Shown piece by piece: positions 17,770-26,772 of a stretch of DNA of 44,552 nt. Each line of letters starts with the position of its first letter. Position 1 is the first letter of the stretch. The stretch lies in sequence record SRR22947727_5211. One strand, given 5' to 3'. Position numbers and translations under genes: made by a program. The notes below the pieces were generated by a model. The model was not told where the DNA came from and did not search any database. It worked only from the letters and a program-made list of their open reading frames with translations.

Positions 17770-19337
17770 AGCTCCTCCTTCGCGACAGATCGAACACCCG
17801 AGAGAATCATCGCAGGAATTGCTGCGACCAGAACGAGAACAGCAGCGTAGGGGGCGGCAGCCCCGAACTCTCCCGCTGCGGTCCGTGACCACAGCTCGGT
17901 CGCCAAGGTGCTCGAGCCGATAGGACGCAACAGCAGCGTCGCGGGAAGCTCCTTCATGGTGGTGATCGCCACAAGGAGAGCTCCAATTCCGATGCCCGGG
18001 AGAGCCAGAGGAACGGTGACGCGCCACCATGCCTGGAAACGGGATGCACCCAGAGTCCTGGCGACATTGATGAGGTCAACAGAGACTCCTTCAATGCTGG
18101 CTCGGGCGGTCCCCAAAGCTTTGGGCATAAACAACACCGCGTAGGCAAAGACCAGCACGACGACTGTTTGATACAGCGCGGGGAGTACCGAGAGTGAGAA
18201 GAACACCAGTGACAATCCCACGACAATGCCGGGGAGACCATTGGAGAGATACCCGGCTCCTTCGAGACTGGGAATCCATCGGTTGGTGTATCTCGCAGCA
18301 AGCGCAGCCAAAGGCAGAGCAAGGAGGAGTGCGACCACCGCGGCTGCCACCGACACACCAATGGTGGTCGTCGTGGCCTGAATCAGTTGCTGGGGGTTGA
18401 GAGATCGCAGCGTGGTCGCTTCTGCCAGGCGCCCCGCCAACCCCACCAGGGGGATCAAGACACCGACCACCGGAGGCAACGCCACCACCACGGTGAAGAA
18501 CACTCTGACAACGGTTGAGAGCGTTTCTTTAGTGGAGTGGATGGCGGTAGTCCGTGTCAGGGAACCTCTCGCTCCGCGCTCCGCTGCGACCACGATCACC
18601 GCAATGACCACCAGGAGTAGGGCGAGCACCGCGGCTTGCGAGCGATCAAAGCTCGCCGCATAGGCCTGTTGAACTCCCCAGGTGAGGGTTTGGAACCGCA
18701 ACATGGCGACCAAACCAAAATCGCTCAAGGTGTAGAGAAAGACAAGGAGACCTCCGGCGATTGCCGCGGGTCGAACCTGGGGCCAGGTGACTCGCCAAAA
18801 GGCTTGAGTGGGGCGGAGCCCGAGGGTCCTCGCCACCGCTTCACCATCCGCTGAGGTCCCTCGCAACACCGCCGCGACCGGGAGCGTGACATAGGGAATC
18901 GTGACGGCACTCAGCAATGCCCAACTGGGCCAAAAACCATTCAGGCTTGGCACCACCACGAGCCAGCCATAGGAGGCGAGGTAGGAGGGGACTGCGAGCG
19001 GTAAGGCGGAGATGAGGAGCCAGGTCCGGGCTGCTCCGATACGCAGCCTGGTCACAATCGTGGCGATCACTGTTCCCATGGCAATCGCCGTGGCAGACAC
19101 GGCAATGCTGAGCCCCATGGTGTTGAGCAGCAGCTCACCCACCAGGGGTCTGGAGAGAATCACCATGACCTCGGAGAGCGGCACTTCGGAGGCTCGAACG
19201 CCGAGATAGACCAGGGGAATAGCCACCGTGGCCACGGCCAAGACTGCCAGAGTTGTCAACCATGCTGGCGGTCTGCCCACGCGAGACACCCCTGCGACAG
19301 GCGCAGGGGTGTGCTCTGATGCTGTGGTGGTGGGCAC
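17766..19337 (-). CDS. Fe3+ ABC transporter permease (FbpB-like)
   Basis: Duplicated permease halves with EAA-like loops (EAVARTLG, NVARTLG), PSYLASYGW, LSDFG and KELPATLLLRP. Confidence 0.92.
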   Translation of the reverse strand: MPTTTASEHTPAPVAGVSRVGRPPAWLTTLAVLAVATVAIPLVYLGVRASEVPLSEVMVILSRPLVGELLLNTMGLSIAVSATAIAMGTVIATIVTRLRIGAARTWLLISALPLAVPSYLASYGWLVVVPSLNGFWPSWALLSAVTIPYVTLPVAAVLRGTSADGEAVARTLGLRPTQAFWRVTWPQVRPAAIAGGLLVFLYTLSDFGLVAMLRFQTLTWGVQQAYAASFDRSQAAVLALLLVVIAVIVVAAERGARGSLTRTTAIHSTKETLSTVVRVFFTVVVALPPVVGVLIPLVGLAGRLAEATTLRSLNPQQLIQATTTTIGVSVAAAVVALLLALPLAALAARYTNRWIPSLEGAGYLSNGLPGIVVGLSLVFFSLSVLPALYQTVVVLVFAYAVLFMPKALGTARASIEGVSVDLINVARTLGASRFQAWWRVTVPLALPGIGIGALLVAITTMKELPATLLLRPIGSSTLATELWSRTAAGEFGAAAPYAAVLVLVAAIPAMILSGVRSVAKEEL

Positions 19338-19362
19338 AAAGGCCTTTCTTACTCTGACCGGG

Positions 19363-20451
19363 TTAGAGAATCAACCCATACTTTCGCAGGAGATCCTGGG
19401 TCTCTTTCAGAGTAGCGAGGTCGGAGAGATCAAAGTCGGCTATCGCCAAGTCGTCCAAGGATGGGAGACCTTCGGGGGCGTCGATTCCGGGAACGAGCGG
19501 GTATTCAAACGTCTGCTCGACAAAGTAGCGCTGGCTTTCATCAGAGACGAAGAACTCGATCAACTCGAGGGCATCGAGGTCAAAGCTCTGCGCCTTCAAC
19601 AGCCCCATTCCGGTCACGTTCACAATCGATGCTGGGTCTCCTGCTTCGGTGAAGTGCAACTGAGCACGGAGGTTCTCGGCGCCGCGCTCGAAGGCGAGGC
19701 GATCCCAGTAGTAGTGGTTGATGAGACCCAGTGGGACCGTCCCCTGGTTCACAGCCTCCAGGATGGCGCCGTTCCCCTCGAAAATCTGCGGGTCATTGAT
19801 GGTGAGACCGGCAACCCACTGGTCGGCAGCACCCTCACCTTCCATGACGCGATACGCGGTCACAAACGATTGGAAGCTCGCGTTTCCGGGCGCGACGGCC
19901 ACCTTCCCAGACCACTGGGGGGAGACAATCTCGTCAGCCGTGGTGGGCAACTCTTCCACGCTCACGGTTTCACTGTCATAGACGACCACTCGTGCGCGTC
20001 CCGTGATTCCCACCCAGCTGTCGTCATACGAGGTGAAGGCAGGGTTAACCCGATCCGTGATGTCGGAGGGAAGTTCTACGAAGAGACCCTCGAGGCTCAA
20101 AGCCCCCAAAGCACCAGCATCTTGGGAGAGGAACACTGCTGCGGGGCTGTCAGCCCCCTCCTCGAGAAGCTGTGCTGCAAGCTCGGAGCTTCCCGCGTAG
20201 CGGATGTCCACGGTGATGCCGGTTTGCTCCGTGAAGGTGTCGATCAGCGGCTGCACCAAGCTTTCGTTGCGTCCCGAATACAAGATGACGTAGTCATCAG
20301 CGATTGGCTCAATAACAACCTCATCGATTGTCTCTTCTGTGGGCGCTGCCTCCTCGACAACCTCGACTTCAGGAGTCACCGCGCAGCTGGTCAGAGCAAG
20401 CGCGGAGCCAAGGACAAGGGCAACACCACGAAGGCGCGCAGATACAGACAT
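19363..20451 (-). CDS. Fe3+ ABC transporter substrate-binding lipoprotein (FbpA/FutA-like)
   Basis: Lipobox LTSC, YSGR, GRARVVVY and tandem Tyr ligands INHYYW. SD AAGGAG. Confidence 0.92.
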   Translation of the reverse strand: MSVSARLRGVALVLGSALALTSCAVTPEVEVVEEAAPTEETIDEVVIEPIADDYVILYSGRNESLVQPLIDTFTEQTGITVDIRYAGSSELAAQLLEEGADSPAAVFLSQDAGALGALSLEGLFVELPSDITDRVNPAFTSYDDSWVGITGRARVVVYDSETVSVEELPTTADEIVSPQWSGKVAVAPGNASFQSFVTAYRVMEGEGAADQWVAGLTINDPQIFEGNGAILEAVNQGTVPLGLINHYYWDRLAFERGAENLRAQLHFTEAGDPASIVNVTGMGLLKAQSFDLDALELIEFFVSDESQRYFVEQTFEYPLVPGIDAPEGLPSLDDLAIADFDLSDLATLKETQDLLRKYGLIL

Positions 20452-20510
20452 TGTTCTCCTTGAGAGACGAGGGGGTGGGGGACAATCACCGCTGTGTGAG
20501 TGCGTTCAAG

Positions 20511-20529
20511 TTAGGTTAGCCTAACTTAA
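20511..20529. promoter_or_regulatory. IdeR/DtxR iron box
   Basis: TTAGGTTAGCCTAACTTAA is an 18/19 match to the DtxR consensus TTAGGTTAGCCTAACCTAA, about 60 bp upstream of the Fe3+ ABC operon. Confidence 0.9.
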
Positions 20530-20553
20530 CTCCCATGGGAAGAGTTTTTCAGA

Positions 20554-21777
20554 CTATTTCGCTGAGAGTTCCCGGAGAACATTCTCCAGTTGATCAATTC
20601 CCCAGTCCAGATCCTTCTTGGACACCACGATCGGTGGAGCCAAACGAATGGTAGATCCGTGCGTGTCTTTAGCCAGCACGCCCTTCGCCATCAGTGCTTC
20701 GCATACCTCGCGACCCGTTGCCAACTTCGGGTCAATATCGATTCCTGCCCAAAGACCCACTCCGCGTACAGCCAGTACACCCTTGCCCACCAACTTCTTC
20801 AGACGCTTGTGGAGGTGCTTGCCTAAACGCTCCGAGCGCCTTTGCATATCCCCCTTGGCGAGCATCCGCACCACAGCAAGCCCCACTGCTGCGGCAAGAG
20901 GGTTTCCCCCAAAAGTGGAACCGTGCTGTCCAGGCTTCAACACGCCCATAACATCGGCTTTGCCCACCACAGCGCTGACGGGGACGATGCCACCGCCGAG
21001 TGCTTTGCCGAGGATGAACATGTCGGGCACGACTTTCTCGTTCTGGCACTGCACGGTCGCGCCAGTGCGACCCAGTCCCGACTGGATCTCATCGGCAATC
21101 ATCAACACGTTCTTTTTCTTCGTCAACGCCCGAACGGCTTTGAGATATCCCTTGGGCGGGGTGATGATTCCCGCCTCACCCTGAATAGGCTCCAGCAGCA
21201 CCGCCACGGTGTTGTCGGTGATCGCTTTCTCCAGTGCCTCAATGTCGCCATAGTCGACCTGAGTGAAGCCGGGGGTAAAGGGGCCAAAATCTTTTCTGGA
21301 GGACTCATCAGAGGAGAAGCTGACGATCGAGATAGTGCGTCCGTGGAAATTGTCCTTGGCGACCACAATGGTGGCCTTGTTGGCCTGAACGCCTTTGACT
21401 CGATATCCCCACGCCCTCGCAACCTTGATGGCGCTCTCCACTGCTTCGGCACCAGAGTTCATCGGCAAGACCATGTCCATGGAGAGAAGATCAGCGAGCT
21501 CTTTCGCGAAAAGGCCGAGCTTGTCGTGGTGGAAAGCACGTGAGGTCAGAGTCACCCGGCCCAGCTGACGCTTCGCTGCGCGAATCAGGGTCGGGTTCGA
21601 GTGCCCAAAGTTGACAGCAGAATAAGCGGCCAAGCAATCGAGATACTTTTTGCCCTCCACATCCCAGACCCAGGCGCCTCTGGCCTTGGCTGCCACCACC
21701 GGCAGGGGGTTGTAGTTCCTGGTGAGTGAGCGCTGCTCCAGCTCCAGGACGTCAGGGGTGCTCAGTCGGCGGCTCAT
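20554..21777 (-). CDS. rocD: Ornithine--oxo-acid aminotransferase
   Basis: AYSAVNFGH, NSGAEAVE, FHGRT, EPIQGEAG, DEIQSGLGRTG, GKALGGG and HGSTFGGNP. ATG 21777 overlaps the upstream stop (ATGA). Confidence 0.94.
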   Translation of the reverse strand: MSRRLSTPDVLELEQRSLTRNYNPLPVVAAKARGAWVWDVEGKKYLDCLAAYSAVNFGHSNPTLIRAAKRQLGRVTLTSRAFHHDKLGLFAKELADLLSMDMVLPMNSGAEAVESAIKVARAWGYRVKGVQANKATIVVAKDNFHGRTISIVSFSSDESSRKDFGPFTPGFTQVDYGDIEALEKAITDNTVAVLLEPIQGEAGIITPPKGYLKAVRALTKKKNVLMIADEIQSGLGRTGATVQCQNEKVVPDMFILGKALGGGIVPVSAVVGKADVMGVLKPGQHGSTFGGNPLAAAVGLAVVRMLAKGDMQRRSERLGKHLHKRLKKLVGKGVLAVRGVGLWAGIDIDPKLATGREVCEALMAKGVLAKDTHGSTIRLAPPIVVSKKDLDWGIDQLENVLRELSAK

Positions 21778-22619
21778 GCCCTCAACTCTAAAGTGCAACA
21801 CTTGACGCCTCCTCCACCGAGCAACAGCTCGGAGAGGTCAACACCAATGGGGTTATAACCGCGCTCGGCAAGGTCTTTCGCAAACGTGGTGGCGCGCTCG
21901 GCGATCACCACGTTGTGTCCATCGCTGAAACTGTTGAGCCCCAGAAAGGCTGCGTCCTCCTCGGTGGCAATGATGGCGTCGGGGTAGCGCTCGCGAAGAA
22001 TCGACAGCGACGCCTCATCAAAAGCACTCGGCAGATACGCGATGGTCGTGGGATCGATAACAGCCAGTGCCGTGTCCAAGTGGTAGTAGCTGGGGTTGAC
22101 CAGCTGCAGGGAAACAACGTCACGTCCATAAATGTCGGCGATTTCTTGGTGGCTCGAGGTGTCACTGCGGAAACCTGACGCCGCGAGAATGGTGTCACCC
22201 ACGAGAAGGAAATCGCCCTCGCCCTCGTTGGTCGCCTCTGGCTCCCGAACATCGAGCCCTTGGGATCGGAACCAATCCATGTAGGCGGGACCTTCGGGTT
22301 GACGCTCGGGGTAGTGGAACTTTGCACCATAGGCAATGCCATCGAGAACGAAACCGCCATTGGCCGCATAGACCATGTCCGGCAGTCCGGGGAGAGAGTC
22401 AATGAGGTGAACCGTGAACCCCAGGTCCACATAGGTGTCATAGAGGACCGTCCATTGCTTCAGAGCCAGCGAGGTGTCAGTGGGGTCCTCGGGGTGCATC
22501 CAAGGGTTGATCCGGTAGCTGACCGTGAAGTGCTCGGGCCGACACATCAAGACAGTCGGCTTAGTCGCCTGAACTGAGGGGGCACTCGGGCTTGGGGTGG
22601 TCTCCAATGTTGCAGTCAT
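21774..22619 (-). CDS. Guanidino-modifying (pentein) hydrolase, DDAH-annotated family, probably arginine dihydrolase-like
   Basis: LMC.P.HF.V.Y.INPWM, PDMVYAANG, EGEGD, YHLDT and GGGVKCCT. Coupled to rocD. Confidence 0.85.
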   Translation of the reverse strand: MTATLETTPSPSAPSVQATKPTVLMCRPEHFTVSYRINPWMHPEDPTDTSLALKQWTVLYDTYVDLGFTVHLIDSLPGLPDMVYAANGGFVLDGIAYGAKFHYPERQPEGPAYMDWFRSQGLDVREPEATNEGEGDFLLVGDTILAASGFRSDTSSHQEIADIYGRDVVSLQLVNPSYYHLDTALAVIDPTTIAYLPSAFDEASLSILRERYPDAIIATEEDAAFLGLNSFSDGHNVVIAERATTFAKDLAERGYNPIGVDLSELLLGGGGVKCCTLELRA

Positions 22620-22661
22620 GGTTCGAGTCTCTCACGCAGGAAACGCTTATTTTCAGAGTCC

Positions 22662-22709
22662 AAACGCGGATATTCTGCGTTTTTGGGGGTTGTTTAGCGG
22701 ATTTCTTGC
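22662..22709. promoter_or_regulatory. Putative Lrp/AsnC operator pair
   Basis: Imperfect palindrome AAACGCGGA-TAT-TCTGCGTTT (22662-22682). Its core GCGGATATTCTGC recurs as GCGGATTTCTTGC 31 bp downstream, between divergent genes. Confidence 0.55.
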
Positions 22710-22722
22710 ATAAACTGCCCCT

Positions 22723-23160
22723 ATGGACGCAATTGACCACAAAGTTATCGGTGAGCTTCGTCACAACGCCCGCGCGAACTATGGCGATATCGGCGACATC
22801 GTCGGTTTATCCGCCTCAGCAGTAAAAAGGCGCGTCGACAAGATGGTGGCCGAGGGAACGATCCGCGGGTTCACCGTCCTCGTCGATCCGACCGTCGAAG
22901 GACTCGCGGTGGAGGCCTACGTGGAACTGTTTTGCCAAGGAACTGTCTCGCCGAACGACTTGCGTCGGATTCTCTCGGGAGTACCCGAAGTGATTGATGC
23001 CGGAACAGTGAGCGGTGACGCGGATGCAATCGTCCACTTGCGAGCGAAAGACATCGCTGCTTTAGAGGACGCCTTGGAGCGCGTGAGAAATGCCCCGAAC
23101 GTCAATCACACGAAGAGCTCTATCGTGCTCTCCAACCTGATTCATCGACCGCGGGACTAA
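22723..23160 (+). CDS. Lrp/AsnC family transcriptional regulator
   Basis: HTH VGLSASAVKRRV plus C-terminal RAM domain VSGDAD. TAAACT -10 box 6 nt before ATG. Confidence 0.93.
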   Translation: MDAIDHKVIGELRHNARANYGDIGDIVGLSASAVKRRVDKMVAEGTIRGFTVLVDPTVEGLAVEAYVELFCQGTVSPNDLRRILSGVPEVIDAGTVSGDADAIVHLRAKDIAALEDALERVRNAPNVNHTKSSIVLSNLIHRPRD

Positions 23161-26100
23161 ATCGCGAGATCGCGGAACCTCGGATCGATCGCTCCAAATC
23201 GATGAGCGGTCAACGAGACTGCCTGCTCGATCACAAACGGCAACATCTCGACACGACCAGACTCAGTCGCCTCGTAGCCATAGATAGCGACCTCTGGTGT
23301 TCCATCGAAGGCCACTGAGAGAGCATCAGCCCTAGAGCCCAGCAGTCGAATTCTCTCCGGTGGATTTCCCGCCACTCGAGACACGAACTCTCTCTCGTTT
23401 TCTACGACATAGTCGGCTATCGGGGCGAACGCCTCGCTACCCTGGCGCAAGAGCTTCAGTGCCCCATCAGGCAGGGGGTCGGTGAGCGACAGGCTCACTC
23501 GAGCGCCCACGCGCGCACCCGCTAAGGCCACGCGAAGGATTTCTGCCAGGGGCACGAAACCGGCGGCCCGAATTGTCACCGCAGCGGGCCGATACCTAAA
23601 GACGTTCCGCTCGACCGTAAGACCTGTCTCATCGGTCGACACTCCATAGACCTCAGACCATGCGCGCTCATCGCTCGCGAGAGAGCGCAGGAAGAAACCT
23701 CGTGTCTCGGCGTAGTCCTCCACGACGAAAGGCACCAGCGACGCAACAAACGAGTCTGAAAGCGCGGCCATCTCGTCGGTGGTGGCCTTGGCGGTACGCC
23801 ACGATCCCATGCCCATCAAGTAGTTGGGTCCACCCGCTTTCGTGCCCGGCCCCACACTCGACTTTTTCCAGCCACCGAAGGGCTGGCGCTGAACAATCGC
23901 ACCGGTAATTCCTCGGTTGACGTAACAGTTTCCTGCCTGGACTCGATCGAGCCAGTAGGCCACTTCCTCGGGATCCAGGGAATGGATTCCCGCGGTCAAA
24001 CCGTAGTCGATACCGTTCTGGAAGGAGATAGCTTCGTCCAAGGACTTGGCGCTCATGATTCCGAGAATCGGTCCAAAGTATTCGGTCTGGTGGAAGGTGC
24101 TTCCCGGCTTTACGCCCTCACGTACTCCGGGACTCCACAAACGCCCCTGGTCATCCAGCAGCTGCGGGGTGAGCAACCAATTCTCACCCGGGCCCAATTC
24201 TGTGAGCCCGGAGGTCAGCTTCGAACCAGGAGGCTCTATGACGGGACCCATCACGGACTCGGGGTCATCGGGATATCCCACCCGCAACGTGGTCACAGCA
24301 TCCATCAGTTGGCGGCGGAATCTCTCGGACTTCGCCACCGATCCCACCAGGATGACCAAGCTGGCTGCGGAACACTTCTGGCCAGCGTGACCAAACGCAC
24401 TCTTGACGATGTCGGCAACGGCCAAGTCGTAGTCAGCGCTCGGCGTGACAATCAGGGCGTTCTTGCCGCTGGTTTCCGCGAGAAGGGGAAGGTCAGCTCG
24501 CCAAGACCTAAACAACTGTGCTGTCTCAAAGCCACCGGTGAGAATCAAACGGTCTACCCCTGGGTGAGAAATCAACCCGCGACCAATCTGGCCCTCCTCC
24601 ACGTCCACCAACTGGAGGACATCCTTGGGCACGCCGGCGGCCCAGAGTGCTTCCACCATGACCGCGCCACAGCGCCGAACTTGAGGTGCTGGTTTGATGG
24701 CCACAGCGCTACCGGCGGCAAGCGCCGACAGCACTGACCCCGCAGGAATCGCCACGGGGAAATTCCATGGGGGCGTTACCAGGGTGAACCGGGCCGGCTG
24801 AAACTCGGCACCATCAATGTCTTCTAGTTCCAGGGAGGACTGAGCGTAGTAGCGAGCAAAGTCGATGGCTTCGCTGACCTCAGGATCGCCCTCTTGGAGA
24901 GTCTTTCCCGCTTCCTGCATCATCACGGCCAAGAGATCTGCGCGTTTCAGGGCCAACTGGTCGGCAGCTGCCAAAAGGATGGCGGCGCGATCGGCAGCTG
25001 ACTTCTTGGCCCACTCTGCTCCTGCCTGCCGGCCTTTCGCGACGAGGTCATCGACCGCGATGCCACCCTTGATGGGGCCTAGGGAGTCGGGGATTCCCCC
25101 TTTACGCAGTGACTCAAGTCCTAGAGACTTCCCTCGTTTGGATTTCGCGAGAGCGCGAATCTCGTCCGCCCATTCACGGTTGTGAGCGATGGAGGGGTCC
25201 GTGTCTGCTTCATTATGGAAGGGCTCACCGGGCTTGATTCCGCGTGCGGACTCAGCACTGCGATGTTGAGCCCGATGAACGGGCGGGGCTTTCGCGGTGA
25301 GCGCCGCCAAGGAATCACGGAAACGCTTCTCTTCACGCCGGAAGATGTCGTCGTTGTCGTGCAGGTCAAACACTGCCGACATGAAGTTCTCGGAGCTGGC
25401 GTTCTCATCGAGGCGGCGTACCAGATACCCGACGGCGGCATCGAACTCTTTGGGGTGGACGACCGGGGTGTAGAGAATCAAGCCACCGACCGTCTCGCGA
25501 ACCGCATCGGCCTGGTCCGGGGCCATACCAATCAGCATTTCGAAATCGATGCCGCTACTGACTCCGCGACGCTCAGCTAAGAGGTGGGCGAAGGCCACAT
25601 CGAAAAGGTTGTGGCCGGCAACACCAATGCGGACGTTCTTGCTCCGCGAGGGCGTCAGTGACCATTCGAGCACTCGTTTGTAGTTGGTGTCACTGGCTTG
25701 TTTGGAGGGCAGCACGGCAAGTGGCCAGTCGTGCAGCTCTGCATCGACTTGCTCCATCTGAAGGTTGGCACCCTTGACCACGCGAACTTTTAAGGGTGCT
25801 CCGCCGGCTTTGACCCGGGCGGCGGCAAAACTCTGGATGCGCTTCATAGCGGCGAGTGCTTCAGGGAGGTAGGCCTGCAACACAATCCCCCCGGTGTAGG
25901 AGCGCAGGCTCTTGTCTCCCAGCACGCGCTCGAAGACATCAAGGGTCATGTCGAGGTCTTTGAATTCCTCCATGTCCAAGTTGATGAACGTGGGTGGGTT
26001 GGTCGCTGCTGCTTCGGCATAGAGGGGAATCAGTCGCTTGACGACTCGATCCACAGTTTCCTTGTACGCCCACATGGAGAGCTGACTCGAAATGGCCGAG

Positions 26101-26681
26101 ACCTTGACCGAGACGTAGTCCACGTCCTCTCGCGCAATCAGAGCACGAACACCGGAAAGCCTGCGATCAGCTTCCTCATCCCCCAGAACGGCTTCACCCA
26201 AGAGGTTGATGTTGAGCTGGTCACCCTTGTGGGTCAATCGCTTCAAGGAGGACGAGAGCTTGTTCTCACTGGCGTCAATAATGAGGTGACCAATGAGGGT
26301 CTTCAGGGCCCAACGGGCCAAAGGAACGACAATGCCCGGAAATATGGGAGCAAAGAAGCCACCGACCTGAATCAGCAACCGGAGCACAGGGGGCAGGAAG
26401 CCGGGGATATCTCGGGAGAGTTCGCGGAAGTTTCGAGCCGCGACAGACAAATCTTCTGGTCTCGCAACACGATCCACGAAACCGAGCGCAAAAGCGGGAC
26501 CTTTGGGGTCCTTCAAGACACCCGCAAGCCGCTCTGAGCTCGCGTCAGGTTTGCGGTGAAGTTGCGCTGCTCGATCTAGCCAGGACCGCACCAGTGCTAC
26601 GGAGTCGTCGGCGAGGGAGTGCGCGAAAGAAATTCCGCTCACTCCCTGACCACTAGTGGTTCGAGGGTTCGCGGTAGGCAT
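23157..26681 (-). CDS. putA: Bifunctional proline dehydrogenase / P5C dehydrogenase
   Basis: NLLGE, DMEE, RVVKGAN, AGHN, YLVRRL.EN, PWNFP, AETSGKN, GQKCSA and EYFGP. No RHH domain. Start set at ATG 26681 (TAGCAT 7 nt upstream), alternative 26690. Confidence 0.95.
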   Translation of the reverse strand: MPTANPRTTSGQGVSGISFAHSLADDSVALVRSWLDRAAQLHRKPDASSERLAGVLKDPKGPAFALGFVDRVARPEDLSVAARNFRELSRDIPGFLPPVLRLLIQVGGFFAPIFPGIVVPLARWALKTLIGHLIIDASENKLSSSLKRLTHKGDQLNINLLGEAVLGDEEADRRLSGVRALIAREDVDYVSVKVSAISSQLSMWAYKETVDRVVKRLIPLYAEAAATNPPTFINLDMEEFKDLDMTLDVFERVLGDKSLRSYTGGIVLQAYLPEALAAMKRIQSFAAARVKAGGAPLKVRVVKGANLQMEQVDAELHDWPLAVLPSKQASDTNYKRVLEWSLTPSRSKNVRIGVAGHNLFDVAFAHLLAERRGVSSGIDFEMLIGMAPDQADAVRETVGGLILYTPVVHPKEFDAAVGYLVRRLDENASSENFMSAVFDLHDNDDIFRREEKRFRDSLAALTAKAPPVHRAQHRSAESARGIKPGEPFHNEADTDPSIAHNREWADEIRALAKSKRGKSLGLESLRKGGIPDSLGPIKGGIAVDDLVAKGRQAGAEWAKKSAADRAAILLAAADQLALKRADLLAVMMQEAGKTLQEGDPEVSEAIDFARYYAQSSLELEDIDGAEFQPARFTLVTPPWNFPVAIPAGSVLSALAAGSAVAIKPAPQVRRCGAVMVEALWAAGVPKDVLQLVDVEEGQIGRGLISHPGVDRLILTGGFETAQLFRSWRADLPLLAETSGKNALIVTPSADYDLAVADIVKSAFGHAGQKCSAASLVILVGSVAKSERFRRQLMDAVTTLRVGYPDDPESVMGPVIEPPGSKLTSGLTELGPGENWLLTPQLLDDQGRLWSPGVREGVKPGSTFHQTEYFGPILGIMSAKSLDEAISFQNGIDYGLTAGIHSLDPEEVAYWLDRVQAGNCYVNRGITGAIVQRQPFGGWKKSSVGPGTKAGGPNYLMGMGSWRTAKATTDEMAALSDSFVASLVPFVVEDYAETRGFFLRSLASDERAWSEVYGVSTDETGLTVERNVFRYRPAAVTIRAAGFVPLAEILRVALAGARVGARVSLSLTDPLPDGALKLLRQGSEAFAPIADYVVENEREFVSRVAGNPPERIRLLGSRADALSVAFDGTPEVAIYGYEATESGRVEMLPFVIEQAVSLTAHRFGAIDPRFRDLAI

Positions 26682-26772
26682 ACTCAGCATGCTACGGCCT
26701 TCACGCTGATGGGCGCATCCCAGAACGGTGCCCCCACCAGGAGAGCAAAGAGCCTGCCTAGACTGTGGTGCC

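Noticed and set aside
17770..18030. Cys/His-rich N-terminal extension of the iron ATPase ORF
   Set aside because: It is an alternative frame inside the permease gene. The real start is the SD-supported GTG at 17769.
19228..20463. 411-aa plus-strand ORF
   Set aside because: It is the antisense shadow of the well-supported iron-binding lipoprotein, with no recognisable motifs. Long open antisense frames are common in high-GC genes.
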